Made by a program: the position numbers and the translations under genes
The notes under the pieces: generated by a model
What the model was told of the DNA's origin: nothing
Database searches by the model: none
The model's input: the letters and a program-made list of their open reading frames with translations, nothing else
DNA from: Bdellovibrionota bacterium
GTDB taxonomy: Bacteria; Bdellovibrionota_C; UBA2361; JAAYZI01
Direction: 5' to 3'
DNA: 64,000 bases
Assembly (NCBI GenBank): GCA_050950765.1
Contig: JBMNIF010000002.1
Location: 224,001-288,000, forward strand
Shown: positions 30,726 to 39,445 of the stretch, one piece after another
Layout: the number at the start of each line of letters is the position of its first letter
How positions within the stretch are numbered: position 1 is the first letter of the stretch

Positions 30726-31735
30726 AGTGCCACCCTTCAGCTTTGCCGCTTTGACGGGCTTGGATCTGGTGCCACCCTTCAGCTAAAAGTGGGTGTCCTA
30801 ATTAGGATCTAATAATATCAAGACGTTAGCAAAAGCCTACATTTGGCGGTTTTGGTTTGGCGGTTTTGGTGCCACCCTTCAGTAAGACGGGATCTGACGG
30901 ATTTGGCTGGGGGTGGATCTGGTGCCACCCACTAGGGACAGTAGAACGGGCTTCCACTGCAAAGCGAATCGGTTAGGTTTGAATGAAGGTCAAAAACTAA
31001 TAATATCAAGACGTTAGCAAAAGCTTAGCATTTGGCGGTTTTGGTGCCACCCACCAGTCGGTTAGGTTTTCACGGAGGTTTGGCGGTTTTGGTGCCACCC
31101 TTCAGTAAGACCGGATCTGACGGATTTGGCTGGGGTTGGATCTGGTGCCACCCTTCAGTTACAGCAGGACGGGTACAACTGCAGAGCGAATCGGCTAGGT
31201 CTGGACGGAGGTTAGAAATTTGGTGCCACCCACCAGTAAGAAGACCCCTCCCCTTGTATAATTTCGGGGGAGTTTAGGTTTTAAAGCTTCGCTTTCGTGG
31301 TTGGTGGCGTTAATTTAGAGGGCTTAAAACCTTTTTAAAACGTCAAAGAACTAAAAATTTTATTTTTTTGGTTAAAACTTATATCAAATGTGTCAAGTTT
31401 GTTTTGCGAAAGCCTTTCTCCTGTGGCGGCGGTTTTGGTGCCACCCTTCAGCTAAAGGTGGGTGTCCTAATTGCTCTTCCACCCACTAGGGACAGCAGTA
31501 CAACAGCAGAGCGTATCGGCTAGGTCTGTATGGTCAAAAATTTGGTGCCACCCACCAGTGCTACAAGACTTTAAAATCAGGATAGCCAACAATATCAGGA
31601 CGTTAGTAAAAGCCAAGCATTTGGTGAATTTGGTGCTACCCACTAGGGACGATCGCCCACTAGGGACGATCGAACGGGTTAATACTAAAAAATGAATTAG
31701 CTAGGTTTTAACGGAGGTTAAAAATTTGGTGACTA
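30726..31735. repeat. Mosaic repeat array with GGTGCCACCC cores and recurring modules
   Basis: Nine exact GGTGCCACCC copies (30768, 30868, 30921, 31043, 31091, 31144, 31222, 31437, 31544) plus variants (30726, 31632), all on the same strand; intervening modules recur. Confidence 0.9.
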
Positions 31736-32335
31736 TTTTATAAAATCTGAATTAAAGAACTCTTCAAGAGCTTGCACGCGGTGTGTTTTAACAGGAGAGC
31801 CTTTACCTTTTAATTGCGCTAGAGTTTCATTATAACCATCGACAAGAAAGATCGAGTCGTAGCCGAAGCCGCCGCTACCGTATTCTGCTGTAGTGATCGA
31901 TCCATTTAAGACACCATAAAAATACTTAACCTCTCCACCATTGGAGAAACAGATAACTGATCTGAATTGTGCCTTCCGATTTTTCTCTCCATCCAAAACA
32001 GATAAGAGCTTTTTTCTATTATCAGCAGGAGTACAAGGGTCTCCTGCATATCTAGCAGAAAGAAGCCCTGGTGCACCATTTAAAGCAGCGACCTCTAAGC
32101 CTGTATCATCAGCGATAGCAGGTAAGCCACTCCATTTAGAGATAGCATCAGCCTTTAGTTTGGCATTCCCTTCATAAGTATCTGCTGTCTCTTCTACATC
32201 AGGCGGATTCTGCAATCCTCGTTGCACAAGATCTAGAGGTGATAAGACCTTAATATTAAATCTTGTCGCTATCGCCTGCATCTCTTCAAGTTTACCTTTA
32301 TTAGCAGTTGCAAATACAAACTCTTTTTCAGCCAT
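31733..32335 (-). CDS. rdgB: dITP/XTP pyrophosphatase (HAM1 family)
   Basis: ATANKGKLEE, ADDTGL, GAPGLLSARY, GFGYDSIF, THR. Confidence 0.93.
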   Translation of the reverse strand: MAEKEFVFATANKGKLEEMQAIATRFNIKVLSPLDLVQRGLQNPPDVEETADTYEGNAKLKADAISKWSGLPAIADDTGLEVAALNGAPGLLSARYAGDPCTPADNRKKLLSVLDGEKNRKAQFRSVICFSNGGEVKYFYGVLNGSITTAEYGSGGFGYDSIFLVDGYNETLAQLKGKGSPVKTHRVQALEEFFNSDFIK

Positions 32336-32415
32336 ACAACCTCAACAACTTTTTAGCGTTCTTTACCCTAACCACCACTAATTTGGAGCACCTCTTTTAT
32401 GTAACTATAATAATC

Positions 32416-33321
32416 CTAAAGTTCTTTGACTCTCTCATCTTTAGAGAAGATCGAAGAAAAACGTACACCACAATAGATCACCAGAAAGGTAATCCCCAGT
32501 GCCAACCAAGCTTCCGGCTGTCCGACCACAAAATAACGTTCCCCCGCACCGGCAGGAATGGAGATAGAATCACTTATCTTGGCAGTATACTTCACCAACT
32601 TCATTCCGATAATAAAACCGGAATGTAACCCCACACATAAAGCAAAGGACTTTGTCTTATGAATTGTGTAACACAAAAGTAACCCGATACTGACCATTCC
32701 AAAGTATGGAGCTAAAAAACCTGGTTGCAGCATCCGCAAACAAACCTCTTTGAGATACACAAATCCAGCCCAAAAAGAGAACTCCTCATAAACAAAACTT
32801 TTAACAGGGGTGATAAAATGCACAACACCGTACACCATAGCAGAGATTAAAGCGGCTACTATTACATTAAAGCGTTGCTTCAGACGATTAAAGAAGAGGA
32901 CTCTAAAAAAACCTTCTTCAAGAAGTGAGATTAAAATAGCGCTCCCAAAAACCCCTAACATTTTTAAAATAAAGTGTGCATTGACGCTCTCTATGGTTCG
33001 CACCATTTTTCCATTATGTAAAACGCACGCCAATGCTACGGCAACAAGGGTAGAAGTTATAACAGTTCCTAAAAGTAGCCGCGTTATTTTTAATTTTAAG
33101 TTTGCCTTTGAAAAATACCCTTCAAAACCGGAAAATTGAAATTCTTTTCTATAAATAAGGACAAAAAGCGCCAGCACAACCATAGCAACTCTGTCGAAGA
33201 CACGTGAAAAGGGATAGCCAAAATCAGGATAAACACTACAAATCAGAGAAAAAACTGGCGGGGTAAGTAAGGCACTAAAAAAGAAAGTCCCCACGATTAA
33301 AATAAATAACAGTTGAACCAT
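32416..33321 (-). CDS. CPBP (CAAX/Abi) intramembrane metalloprotease
   Basis: EEGFFR, YGVVHF, GLHSG motifs in a multi-TM protein. Confidence 0.85.
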   Translation of the reverse strand: MVQLLFILIVGTFFFSALLTPPVFSLICSVYPDFGYPFSRVFDRVAMVVLALFVLIYRKEFQFSGFEGYFSKANLKLKITRLLLGTVITSTLVAVALACVLHNGKMVRTIESVNAHFILKMLGVFGSAILISLLEEGFFRVLFFNRLKQRFNVIVAALISAMVYGVVHFITPVKSFVYEEFSFWAGFVYLKEVCLRMLQPGFLAPYFGMVSIGLLLCYTIHKTKSFALCVGLHSGFIIGMKLVKYTAKISDSISIPAGAGERYFVVGQPEAWLALGITFLVIYCGVRFSSIFSKDERVKEL

Positions 33322-33526
33322 GTAAAAATCCTTTTGTCAGAAATGAAAATAAAAGGGATAAAAAGCTTCTGTTCAAAACAGGGCTTACCTTTTACTGATT
33401 AAGCGCACACCTTCTCCTGTCTCTAAGAATTCAGAGAACCCCTCGCCTATAAAAAGACGCACCAACCCTTTCCGTACCAACGGTCTCAAAATAATGGGAA
33501 AGATACCATTGAAACTTATAGAAAGA

Positions 33527-33604
33527 TTACGACCAGCTTCCAAAGATCATGGTAAGCACCATTATGCTGACGCAAAGAAAAGCTGTTACTTCAAAAACAC
33601 CCAT
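33527..33604 (-). CDS. Candidate 25-aa hydrophobic small protein
   Basis: MGVFEVTAFLCVSIMVLTMIFGSWS* preceded by AAGGAAG; below the ORF-track cutoff. Confidence 0.25.
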   Translation of the reverse strand: MGVFEVTAFLCVSIMVLTMIFGSWS

Positions 33605-33708
33605 ATCAAAATCTTCCTTAAAGTGACATCCAAAGACACCAAAAGTTACTTATAATTGATATTTTCAAATCAGTAAATAGGGCTAGTAGCTAACATATTG
33701 ATTTAATT

Positions 33709-33756
33709 AAAAAGAGGGTATCAATAGAAACTTTTAAAATCTCTACTGATACCCTT
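33709..33756 (-). terminator. Intrinsic terminator downstream of the sigma factor gene
   Basis: Minus strand AGGGTATCAGTAGAGA...TTTCTATTGATACCCT (with G-U pairs) followed by CTTTT. Confidence 0.65.
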
Positions 33757-33787
33757 AACCGGGAAAGATAGAAAAAACTGTTACGCT

Positions 33788-34663
33788 TTAAGCTGCTGCT
33801 TGTGCTTGAACGGCAGCAGATCTGGCAGCACGCACCTGTAAAATTTTTTGTGAGCGGGGTTTTCTACGATGAATCTGACGACATTCCAAGATATCACTAT
33901 CATCTTCACCCTCTAAAGGTTTGAAATTCTCTTGAAATATAAGACACATCTCGCGCTGCAATGTTTCTAAAGCTTTTCTTTTCACCCTTGAAATATGGCA
34001 TCGGCTATAACCGAGAGAAACCGCTATATCGATCAGCCTTCGTCCTTGAATGTAGAGTTGAAAAATTACTTCCTGCTCCAACTTATCTAACTTTTTACAA
34101 ACTGAAGTGCTGACCTTTACTAACTCTTTTTTTAATAAAATCTGATCTGGAGTTTCGTTTTCTTTACCGGAAAGTGACTCAACAGCATCAATGGCATCAA
34201 TGACACCTAATGCTCCTCCATATTTACTACTATTATAAAATCTCTCTTCTTCGTTATTTAAAATCGAAATAATATTTCCGTTAGCTGCACCAGAGATACT
34301 TCTTATCAAATTTCCTCGCAGATGATAGAAAAGAAAAGTTATAAAACAAGCTCCCTTAGCAGGATCGAAGCGTGAAACAGCTTCGCATAAAGATAGATCC
34401 ACCACACTATGAAGTTCATCATCATCTAATCTGGAATGCCATTTTTTAAGTATGCTACGCGCTAACTTACGTGCCTTTAAACGATACTCCAAAACCATTT
34501 TTTTGTTTTCGTGCGTTGTCCTTATTCCACAAAGTCCATTTAAAACAGCAACCTTTTTATTTGTCTTAGCCACACTACTTAAGCGCTCGGCATCAGCCAT
34601 TGTCATCTTCAACTTACAACTTTTGACTTCTGACATTACTTCCCCAACTTGCAGCACAACCAC
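33788..34663 (-). CDS. FliA/WhiG-like sigma-70 family sigma factor
   Basis: Region 2 LCEAVSRFDPAKGACFITFLFYHLRG; region 4 LDKLEQEVIFQLY..IDIAVSLGYSRCHISRVKRKAL. Confidence 0.85.
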   Translation of the reverse strand: MVVLQVGEVMSEVKSCKLKMTMADAERLSSVAKTNKKVAVLNGLCGIRTTHENKKMVLEYRLKARKLARSILKKWHSRLDDDELHSVVDLSLCEAVSRFDPAKGACFITFLFYHLRGNLIRSISGAANGNIISILNNEEERFYNSSKYGGALGVIDAIDAVESLSGKENETPDQILLKKELVKVSTSVCKKLDKLEQEVIFQLYIQGRRLIDIAVSLGYSRCHISRVKRKALETLQREMCLIFQENFKPLEGEDDSDILECRQIHRRKPRSQKILQVRAARSAAVQAQAAA

Positions 34664-34676
34664 TTAAAAACTATTT

Positions 34677-34958
34677 TTAATGATCTTCAAGCTGATAAGC
34701 TCTGATTACATCCTCAACGCCTGTCACAACATCAAGGCAATACGCTTGAATCATCAAACGTGAGTTTGATTCCATAATGCGATCACACTCTTGTAATATG
34801 GGCGCAATTTTACTGGCGATCTCTGCTCTTAAAATTTTAGCAATAGGATTCTTAACAGCAGAAGCTTCGGACCCAACAACTTCCAACTCTTCCATACGAC
34901 CCTCACAAAAAAAACCAAACACATCCTCTACTCTGTCAAAATAAAAAGTTCGCTTCAT
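34677..34958 (-). CDS. Hypothetical protein upstream of the sigma factor
   Basis: 93-aa ORF in operon position; no recognised family. Confidence 0.55.
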   Translation of the reverse strand: MKRTFYFDRVEDVFGFFCEGRMEELEVVGSEASAVKNPIAKILRAEIASKIAPILQECDRIMESNSRLMIQAYCLDVVTGVEDVIRAYQLEDH

Positions 34959-35095
34959 TATTTTTATAAATATTTGCTAACTACCTATAAATAGTTGTTA
35001 TTTTATTGATAATTTTTGCTCCTTTTTGAAGCGTTGTAACATCTACTTTAATTGTTACTAGAATTAGCCAGCTAAGGCTAAGAACAGGTTAGATT

Positions 35096-35890
35096 ATGGG
35101 AAAAGAAGAAGATACGCAGGAAACAGTCCTCTCCATTGAAGAGGCAAATGACTTAATCCTTGAACATCGTGGCTGGGCAGAGAGTATTGCTAAGTCTGTC
35201 GCCCGTTCTTGGAATCTGGATTGGCAGTTAGATGGATTGGATGGTGCTGCTATGGAGGCACTTATTTTTTGTGCACGTAGATTTGATCCTGCTCGGGGTG
35301 TGCCCTTTAAAGGTTATGCTAGAAAACGTATTCATGAAGCAGCGACAGAAGCCTCTCGTCGTTCAAAAGGTTGGCGACGCGGAGGAAATACTTCCGCTCG
35401 CACAGAACGTTTAGCGCGTGAGGTATCCGTAGAGCTCTTTAACATCTTCCCTGAGTTACATGCGGGGCTACTCCCCTATGCTGGAGATGAAGATGCAGAT
35501 CAAGATACTCGCATCGCCTTACAAAGATTATTGATAGGAGCTTCTGTTATCGCCACGAAACAAGGGATTGAAGCAGCCTTGCCGGATGATGCCCTTGATT
35601 TTAAACGCATGATAGAATCGATCTGTTCTATGGAGCCATTACATCAAACGTTAATCTGGAAAGTATATTGGGAAGGATTTTCATTGCGGAGTGTAGCTGG
35701 AGAGTGGGAAACTGATGAACTAAATGTTATCCGTGAACATAAAGTTATTCTGGATTATCTGCAGAAATTTTTTGGCAAGGGGCGGAATACAAAGTGTCCA
35801 AGGATAAGACCTGGATTAAGGGAGGTTGCGGTAAAATTAAAACGACAAGATAATATGGTAGATTTCAGCCAAATAATGACAAAGGAGTAA
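35096..35890 (+). CDS. Divergent FliA-like sigma-70 family protein
   Basis: Region 2 ARRFDPARGVPFKGYARKRIHEA; degenerate region 4 HQTLIWKVYWEGFSLRSVAGEW. Confidence 0.75.
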   Translation: MGKEEDTQETVLSIEEANDLILEHRGWAESIAKSVARSWNLDWQLDGLDGAAMEALIFCARRFDPARGVPFKGYARKRIHEAATEASRRSKGWRRGGNTSARTERLAREVSVELFNIFPELHAGLLPYAGDEDADQDTRIALQRLLIGASVIATKQGIEAALPDDALDFKRMIESICSMEPLHQTLIWKVYWEGFSLRSVAGEWETDELNVIREHKVILDYLQKFFGKGRNTKCPRIRPGLREVAVKLKRQDNMVDFSQIMTKE

Positions 35891-35896
35891 ACCACG

Positions 35897-36250
35897 ATGT
35901 CCAAGAACTCTAAAGATAAAAGCTCAAAAGTAACGGGAATCAAAGCCCCACGTGTCCCCACTGCCATTGAACAACTCAGTGGAGTTTCAAGTGTTGAAAA
36001 AACGCAGAAAACTTCTGCTATCTCTGCTGTTCACGGACTAAGTGGCACATCTAGAACACATTCTATAAACTCCATTACGGCTGCTAATCGAGAGGTGCTT
36101 CACAAAATGGTTCATGAAGAGGCTGATAAACTTTTCGGGAAGACTCAAACACCGAGTCAGAAACGTGAGGTTATTGAGAAAGCAGTTAAGATGGCGATTG
36201 ATGCAGTTGCTATCGAAGAGGAAAACGATTCTTCCTCCAAAAAGAGCTGA
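35897..36250 (+). CDS. Hypothetical protein (possible anti-sigma or T3SS substrate)
   Basis: AAGGAG RBS; coupled to the sigma gene; S/T/K-rich disordered N-half and helical C-half. Confidence 0.65.
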   Translation: MSKNSKDKSSKVTGIKAPRVPTAIEQLSGVSSVEKTQKTSAISAVHGLSGTSRTHSINSITAANREVLHKMVHEEADKLFGKTQTPSQKREVIEKAVKMAIDAVAIEEENDSSSKKS

Positions 36251-36323
36251 TATAATTTTAAAGCAACTTGAGATAGAGCTCTATCTTTAAGAGCAACGCC
36301 GTCGCTCTTGAACAAAGCACAAC

Positions 36324-36785
36324 TTATGCGCGCGACTGATAACGGGCTAGCTGCATCCGATGAAAACGGAGCGCATTAGGCGACTCGATGCTGCCACTCT
36401 CTATCTTATCACTTACCTCCCCCAGATAGGTACCAGCAGCGTTGTAGTCACCATTCGATAACAGACTAGCTACAAAGAAAAGAATAACTTCAATTGAATC
36501 AGGACTTAAACGATAGGCCTGATTTGCCGCTTGCAACGCTAAATCATTATTACCATTTTGCAAATATATACAGGTCAATCCCATCCAAGATGGAGCGAAA
36601 TCAGGCGCAACATTAACTAACCCTAACAAGATCGCTTCAGCACGATGCACATCTCCGTTCTCAAGACAGAACCTACCCAATTCGTAAATACTCACCACCT
36701 CCTGCGCTGAATATCCCCCTCGCTTTGTACAGTTTTGCAGATATTTTTCACGATAGATCTCTCTGGTATTACGTCTAAAGTTCAC
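36324..36785 (-). CDS. SycD/LcrH-like TPR chaperone
   Basis: GYSAQEVVSIYELGRFCLENGDVHRAEAILLGLVNVAPDFAPSWMGL fits the class II T3SS chaperone TPR pattern; likely GTG start overlapping the upstream stop. Confidence 0.7.
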   Translation of the reverse strand: MNFRRNTREIYREKYLQNCTKRGGYSAQEVVSIYELGRFCLENGDVHRAEAILLGLVNVAPDFAPSWMGLTCIYLQNGNNDLALQAANQAYRLSPDSIEVILFFVASLLSNGDYNAAGTYLGEVSDKIESGSIESPNALRFHRMQLARYQSRA

Positions 36786-37039
36786 TTTTTCCCCTCTATA
36801 CTGATAGACAACCAATCAAGCACATGCTTAAGCATCGCCTCTTCTGCTAATATTTTTCTGTAATCATCAGAATCAACGGCACCAGCGAAACCCTTCTTCA
36901 TCAGATTTACTTTTTCATACCGTGCAAACATAGAGTTCGACATCTGTTCAAGATCGCTGACAGAACCCAAAACAGGAAGAAGTGCAAGAAAGGGAGATAT
37001 CGAAAAGTTATCCGGCGCTGAATATTTTGATTTTTCCAT
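36782..37039 (-). CDS. Hypothetical protein in the T3SS-like locus
   Basis: 85-aa ORF translationally coupled to the TPR gene. Confidence 0.6.
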   Translation of the reverse strand: MEKSKYSAPDNFSISPFLALLPVLGSVSDLEQMSNSMFARYEKVNLMKKGFAGAVDSDDYRKILAEEAMLKHVLDWLSISIEGKK

Positions 37040-37145
37040 AACAACTACTTACATAAAGGTAGGACAAGCAAAGTTTATTTTAACAACCATTTTATATTTC
37101 TGCCAATCCTAAATAATATCTAAACAAACAGGATAAAATACGCGC

Positions 37146-37772
37146 CTACTCCATCTCTCGTTCCAACTCCTCTCTGGACATCCTATTTTTAAATAAAAAG
37201 AGATACTTTGCACCTAGTAAAGAAGCGCATACTAAACACAACGCTAAAGTAGCAAGAATAGGTAAAGCGCTTTGCATTAAATGGGACGGAATAAAAATTC
37301 CTGTTTCCGCTCGAGTAGTGAGCATCTTTTTTATAATGCCGACACCTACTAAAAAAACTCCGTATGTTACACCACAAAGGCACACGATTTCTAAACAATC
37401 TCTAATAAACAGCCGCAAAATCTCTGTTAAAGAAAATGTTTTTTCAAAAGGATTGACTCTCTGCATTGTCGGCACAATAAAGTTAAGGCGAAAAAGAAAC
37501 TTTACTTGAAACAATATAGACAATATTACAGAAAAAAATACTACTAACGCCGGAAATAACAATAATTCAACAAAAGTCCAAACCTTCTCTCTTGCAGCCG
37601 TTAAGGTGTTTGGAGGTGAAAATATCTGCATTAAATCTCCACGGATCCAAAAAAAATATCCGCACAGTGCCATAAAAATAAGGCAAGTAGTAGCAAAGTG
37701 AGAATAAGAAGTGATTCCACTTTCCCTTAAATTTTCAAGTTTTCTCTCTGTGGGCCATTCTTCTTTAAGCAT
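37146..37772 (-). CDS. SctU/FlhB-like export switch protein, membrane domain only
   Basis: EEWPTERKLENLRESG (T.kK...R.eG), QRVNP, ends RMSREELEREME (cf. KMS..E.K.E); no NPTH domain. Confidence 0.75.
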   Translation of the reverse strand: MLKEEWPTERKLENLRESGITSYSHFATTCLIFMALCGYFFWIRGDLMQIFSPPNTLTAAREKVWTFVELLLFPALVVFFSVILSILFQVKFLFRLNFIVPTMQRVNPFEKTFSLTEILRLFIRDCLEIVCLCGVTYGVFLVGVGIIKKMLTTRAETGIFIPSHLMQSALPILATLALCLVCASLLGAKYLFLFKNRMSREELEREME

Positions 37773-37784
37773 CTGCCACCTATT

Positions 37785-38408
37785 TTACTGATCGGACGTA
37801 ATATTTTTCTGCACAATTTCTGTAAAGCGTTCCGAATTCGGAGCTAAATTTTCTACAAAAAATGTTGCTATCGTATGGATAAACACCGTTAACAATAAAC
37901 AGACGAGTGTTGGACGCAACGCCGTAAAAGGTACAAACACTCGACTACGTAAAGCTCTACTAATCCACAAAAAAGGTAACTCAACTAACCAAAGCAAAAA
38001 GATAATACCTAAAGCCACAACAGATCCACACAAGCAAGCGCCATTTATTATTGCTATCAAGATTAACAATTGTTGTGGAAAAGTTGCAGCTGCTAAGGCT
38101 GCCTCTACAAAAGTAAGCGCCATATCGGAAGAAAACGCAAAATAGCAAGCACCACCAAAGATAACAGTGTGCAAGATCTGTTTATTACCGTTCTCCCAAG
38201 TAATATTATCTAAGAGAAGAGCGGTAACATAAGCAGAGAAAGGAACTGCTGCTAAAAATGTCATAAGTAATATGTAGCTACAAAGCGATAAGTCGATAGA
38301 CAATGCACTAAAAAAAACGCACCCTGCAAATACTATGGCTAACAGTCCGCTCCACCAACCTGAGCACATAATAGAGAATAATAAGAATATAGCAGCACAA
38401 AATATCAT
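37785..38408 (-). CDS. Highly diverged SctT/FliR-like membrane protein
   Basis: Multi-TM; ELPFLWISRA..FTALRP resembles the FliR/SctT C-terminal motif; located between sctS-like and sctU-like genes. Confidence 0.55.
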   Translation of the reverse strand: MIFCAAIFLLFSIMCSGWWSGLLAIVFAGCVFFSALSIDLSLCSYILLMTFLAAVPFSAYVTALLLDNITWENGNKQILHTVIFGGACYFAFSSDMALTFVEAALAAATFPQQLLILIAIINGACLCGSVVALGIIFLLWLVELPFLWISRALRSRVFVPFTALRPTLVCLLLTVFIHTIATFFVENLAPNSERFTEIVQKNITSDQ

Positions 38409-38422
38409 TACTTAAACACTTT

Positions 38423-38662
38423 TTAACTCAAGCTCTTTGTCGCCAAATCCATAATCCAACTTACAACAGGGCTACACAAAAAATATAAGATTACCAAAAC
38501 AGTGATAAGTCGTAGTGCATAACTCGCACTTTGCTCTTGAACACTCGTGGCTGCCATTAAGGTTGAGGCGATAGTACCAACTAAAAGAACACCGATTATT
38601 AACGGGAAATTTATTAAGAAAAGTATCCTCAAAGCTTCCTGAATCAATTCATGAACTTCCAT
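38423..38662 (-). CDS. SctS/FliQ-like export gate protein
   Basis: EALRILFLINFP..VGTIASTLMAATSVQEQSASYALRL. Confidence 0.82.
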   Translation of the reverse strand: MEVHELIQEALRILFLINFPLIIGVLLVGTIASTLMAATSVQEQSASYALRLITVLVILYFLCSPVVSWIMDLATKSLS

Positions 38663-38677
38663 AAGCCCCTCTTTCGT

Positions 38678-39313
38678 TTAGAGATAACCTGAGATTAATT
38701 TTTCTGAAAGTAACTGCCAACCATCAATGGCAAAAAAGAGTAAGACTTTCAGAGGTAGCGCCACAAAGTTATGTTGTATATTGGTAGCCCCTAACAGCAA
38801 CAAAACATTAGCCACAATCAGATCAAGCACAAAGAAAGGGATTAGTAACAAGAAACCGATCTTAAAAGCTTCTTTTACTTCTGTAAAAAGATAACTCGTC
38901 ACTAGGACAGCAAAGGTAGTATCAGAAGTAAGGGTTACCTCTGCTGTTCCTCCGCTTTGATCTGTAACCTCCGAGCCTTTTACGCCCTTTAATTTTTTTG
39001 CCAACTCGGTAAAACGTTCTAACGTTTTTGGCTCCGTATACTTTGTAAGAATTGGAGAGTATTTCTGATCCATTTCTGAAATACTTTTTAAAGGGGTAGT
39101 AAACAACTTCTCCAAACCACCAACGCCTTCAAGTTGCGGCGCAAGGATCATCATAGAGAGAGCAAAAGAGATAATGACCAATACTAACCCCACTCCGCTA
39201 CCATAAAACCCCAAGCCATAACGTAAAATGCTAAATGTCGTTACGCACTTGACGAAGGCACTAAAAAAGAAGATGACGATGATAGCTATAAGATACGGTT
39301 GTAGTGTTTCCAT
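38678..39313 (-). CDS. SctR/FliP-like export gate protein
   Basis: SAFVKC..ILRYGLG; TEVKEAFKIGFLLLIPFFVLDLIVAN; ALPLKVLLFFAIDGW; no signal peptide, as in injectisome SctR. Confidence 0.88.
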   Translation of the reverse strand: METLQPYLIAIIVIFFFSAFVKCVTTFSILRYGLGFYGSGVGLVLVIISFALSMMILAPQLEGVGGLEKLFTTPLKSISEMDQKYSPILTKYTEPKTLERFTELAKKLKGVKGSEVTDQSGGTAEVTLTSDTTFAVLVTSYLFTEVKEAFKIGFLLLIPFFVLDLIVANVLLLLGATNIQHNFVALPLKVLLFFAIDGWQLLSEKLISGYL

Positions 39314-39445
39314 GAAATGGGATTATAGAAAAGATGATCCTAGTTTGACCAGTCCTAATATCGACACTCTTCAACAATAAAAATGCACCTAATTATGTTT
39401 TAATATACCTGACAACGAAGCAGGCTCCTGCTTCATATTAGAACT

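Noticed and set aside
30857..30877. sigma54 promoters within the repeat (TGGCACC on the minus strand)
   Set aside because: The -12 element reads CCGC or is absent in most copies, and no suitable downstream gene is present
31032..31695. ORFs 31032..31277 and 31471..31695 (VLVPP / WCHP repeats)
   Set aside because: They are translations of the DNA repeat in different frames, with TTG starts and no convincing RBS
30726..31735. CRISPR array interpretation of the repeat region
   Set aside because: The core is only about 10 bp, spacing is irregular, intervening segments are repeated rather than unique, and no cas genes are in the window
39417..39434. GAAGCAGG-ct-CCTGCTTC palindrome between the sctQ-like and sctR-like genes as a terminator
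   Set aside because: No U-tract on the coding strand; it may be a stabilising hairpin, but the function cannot be supported
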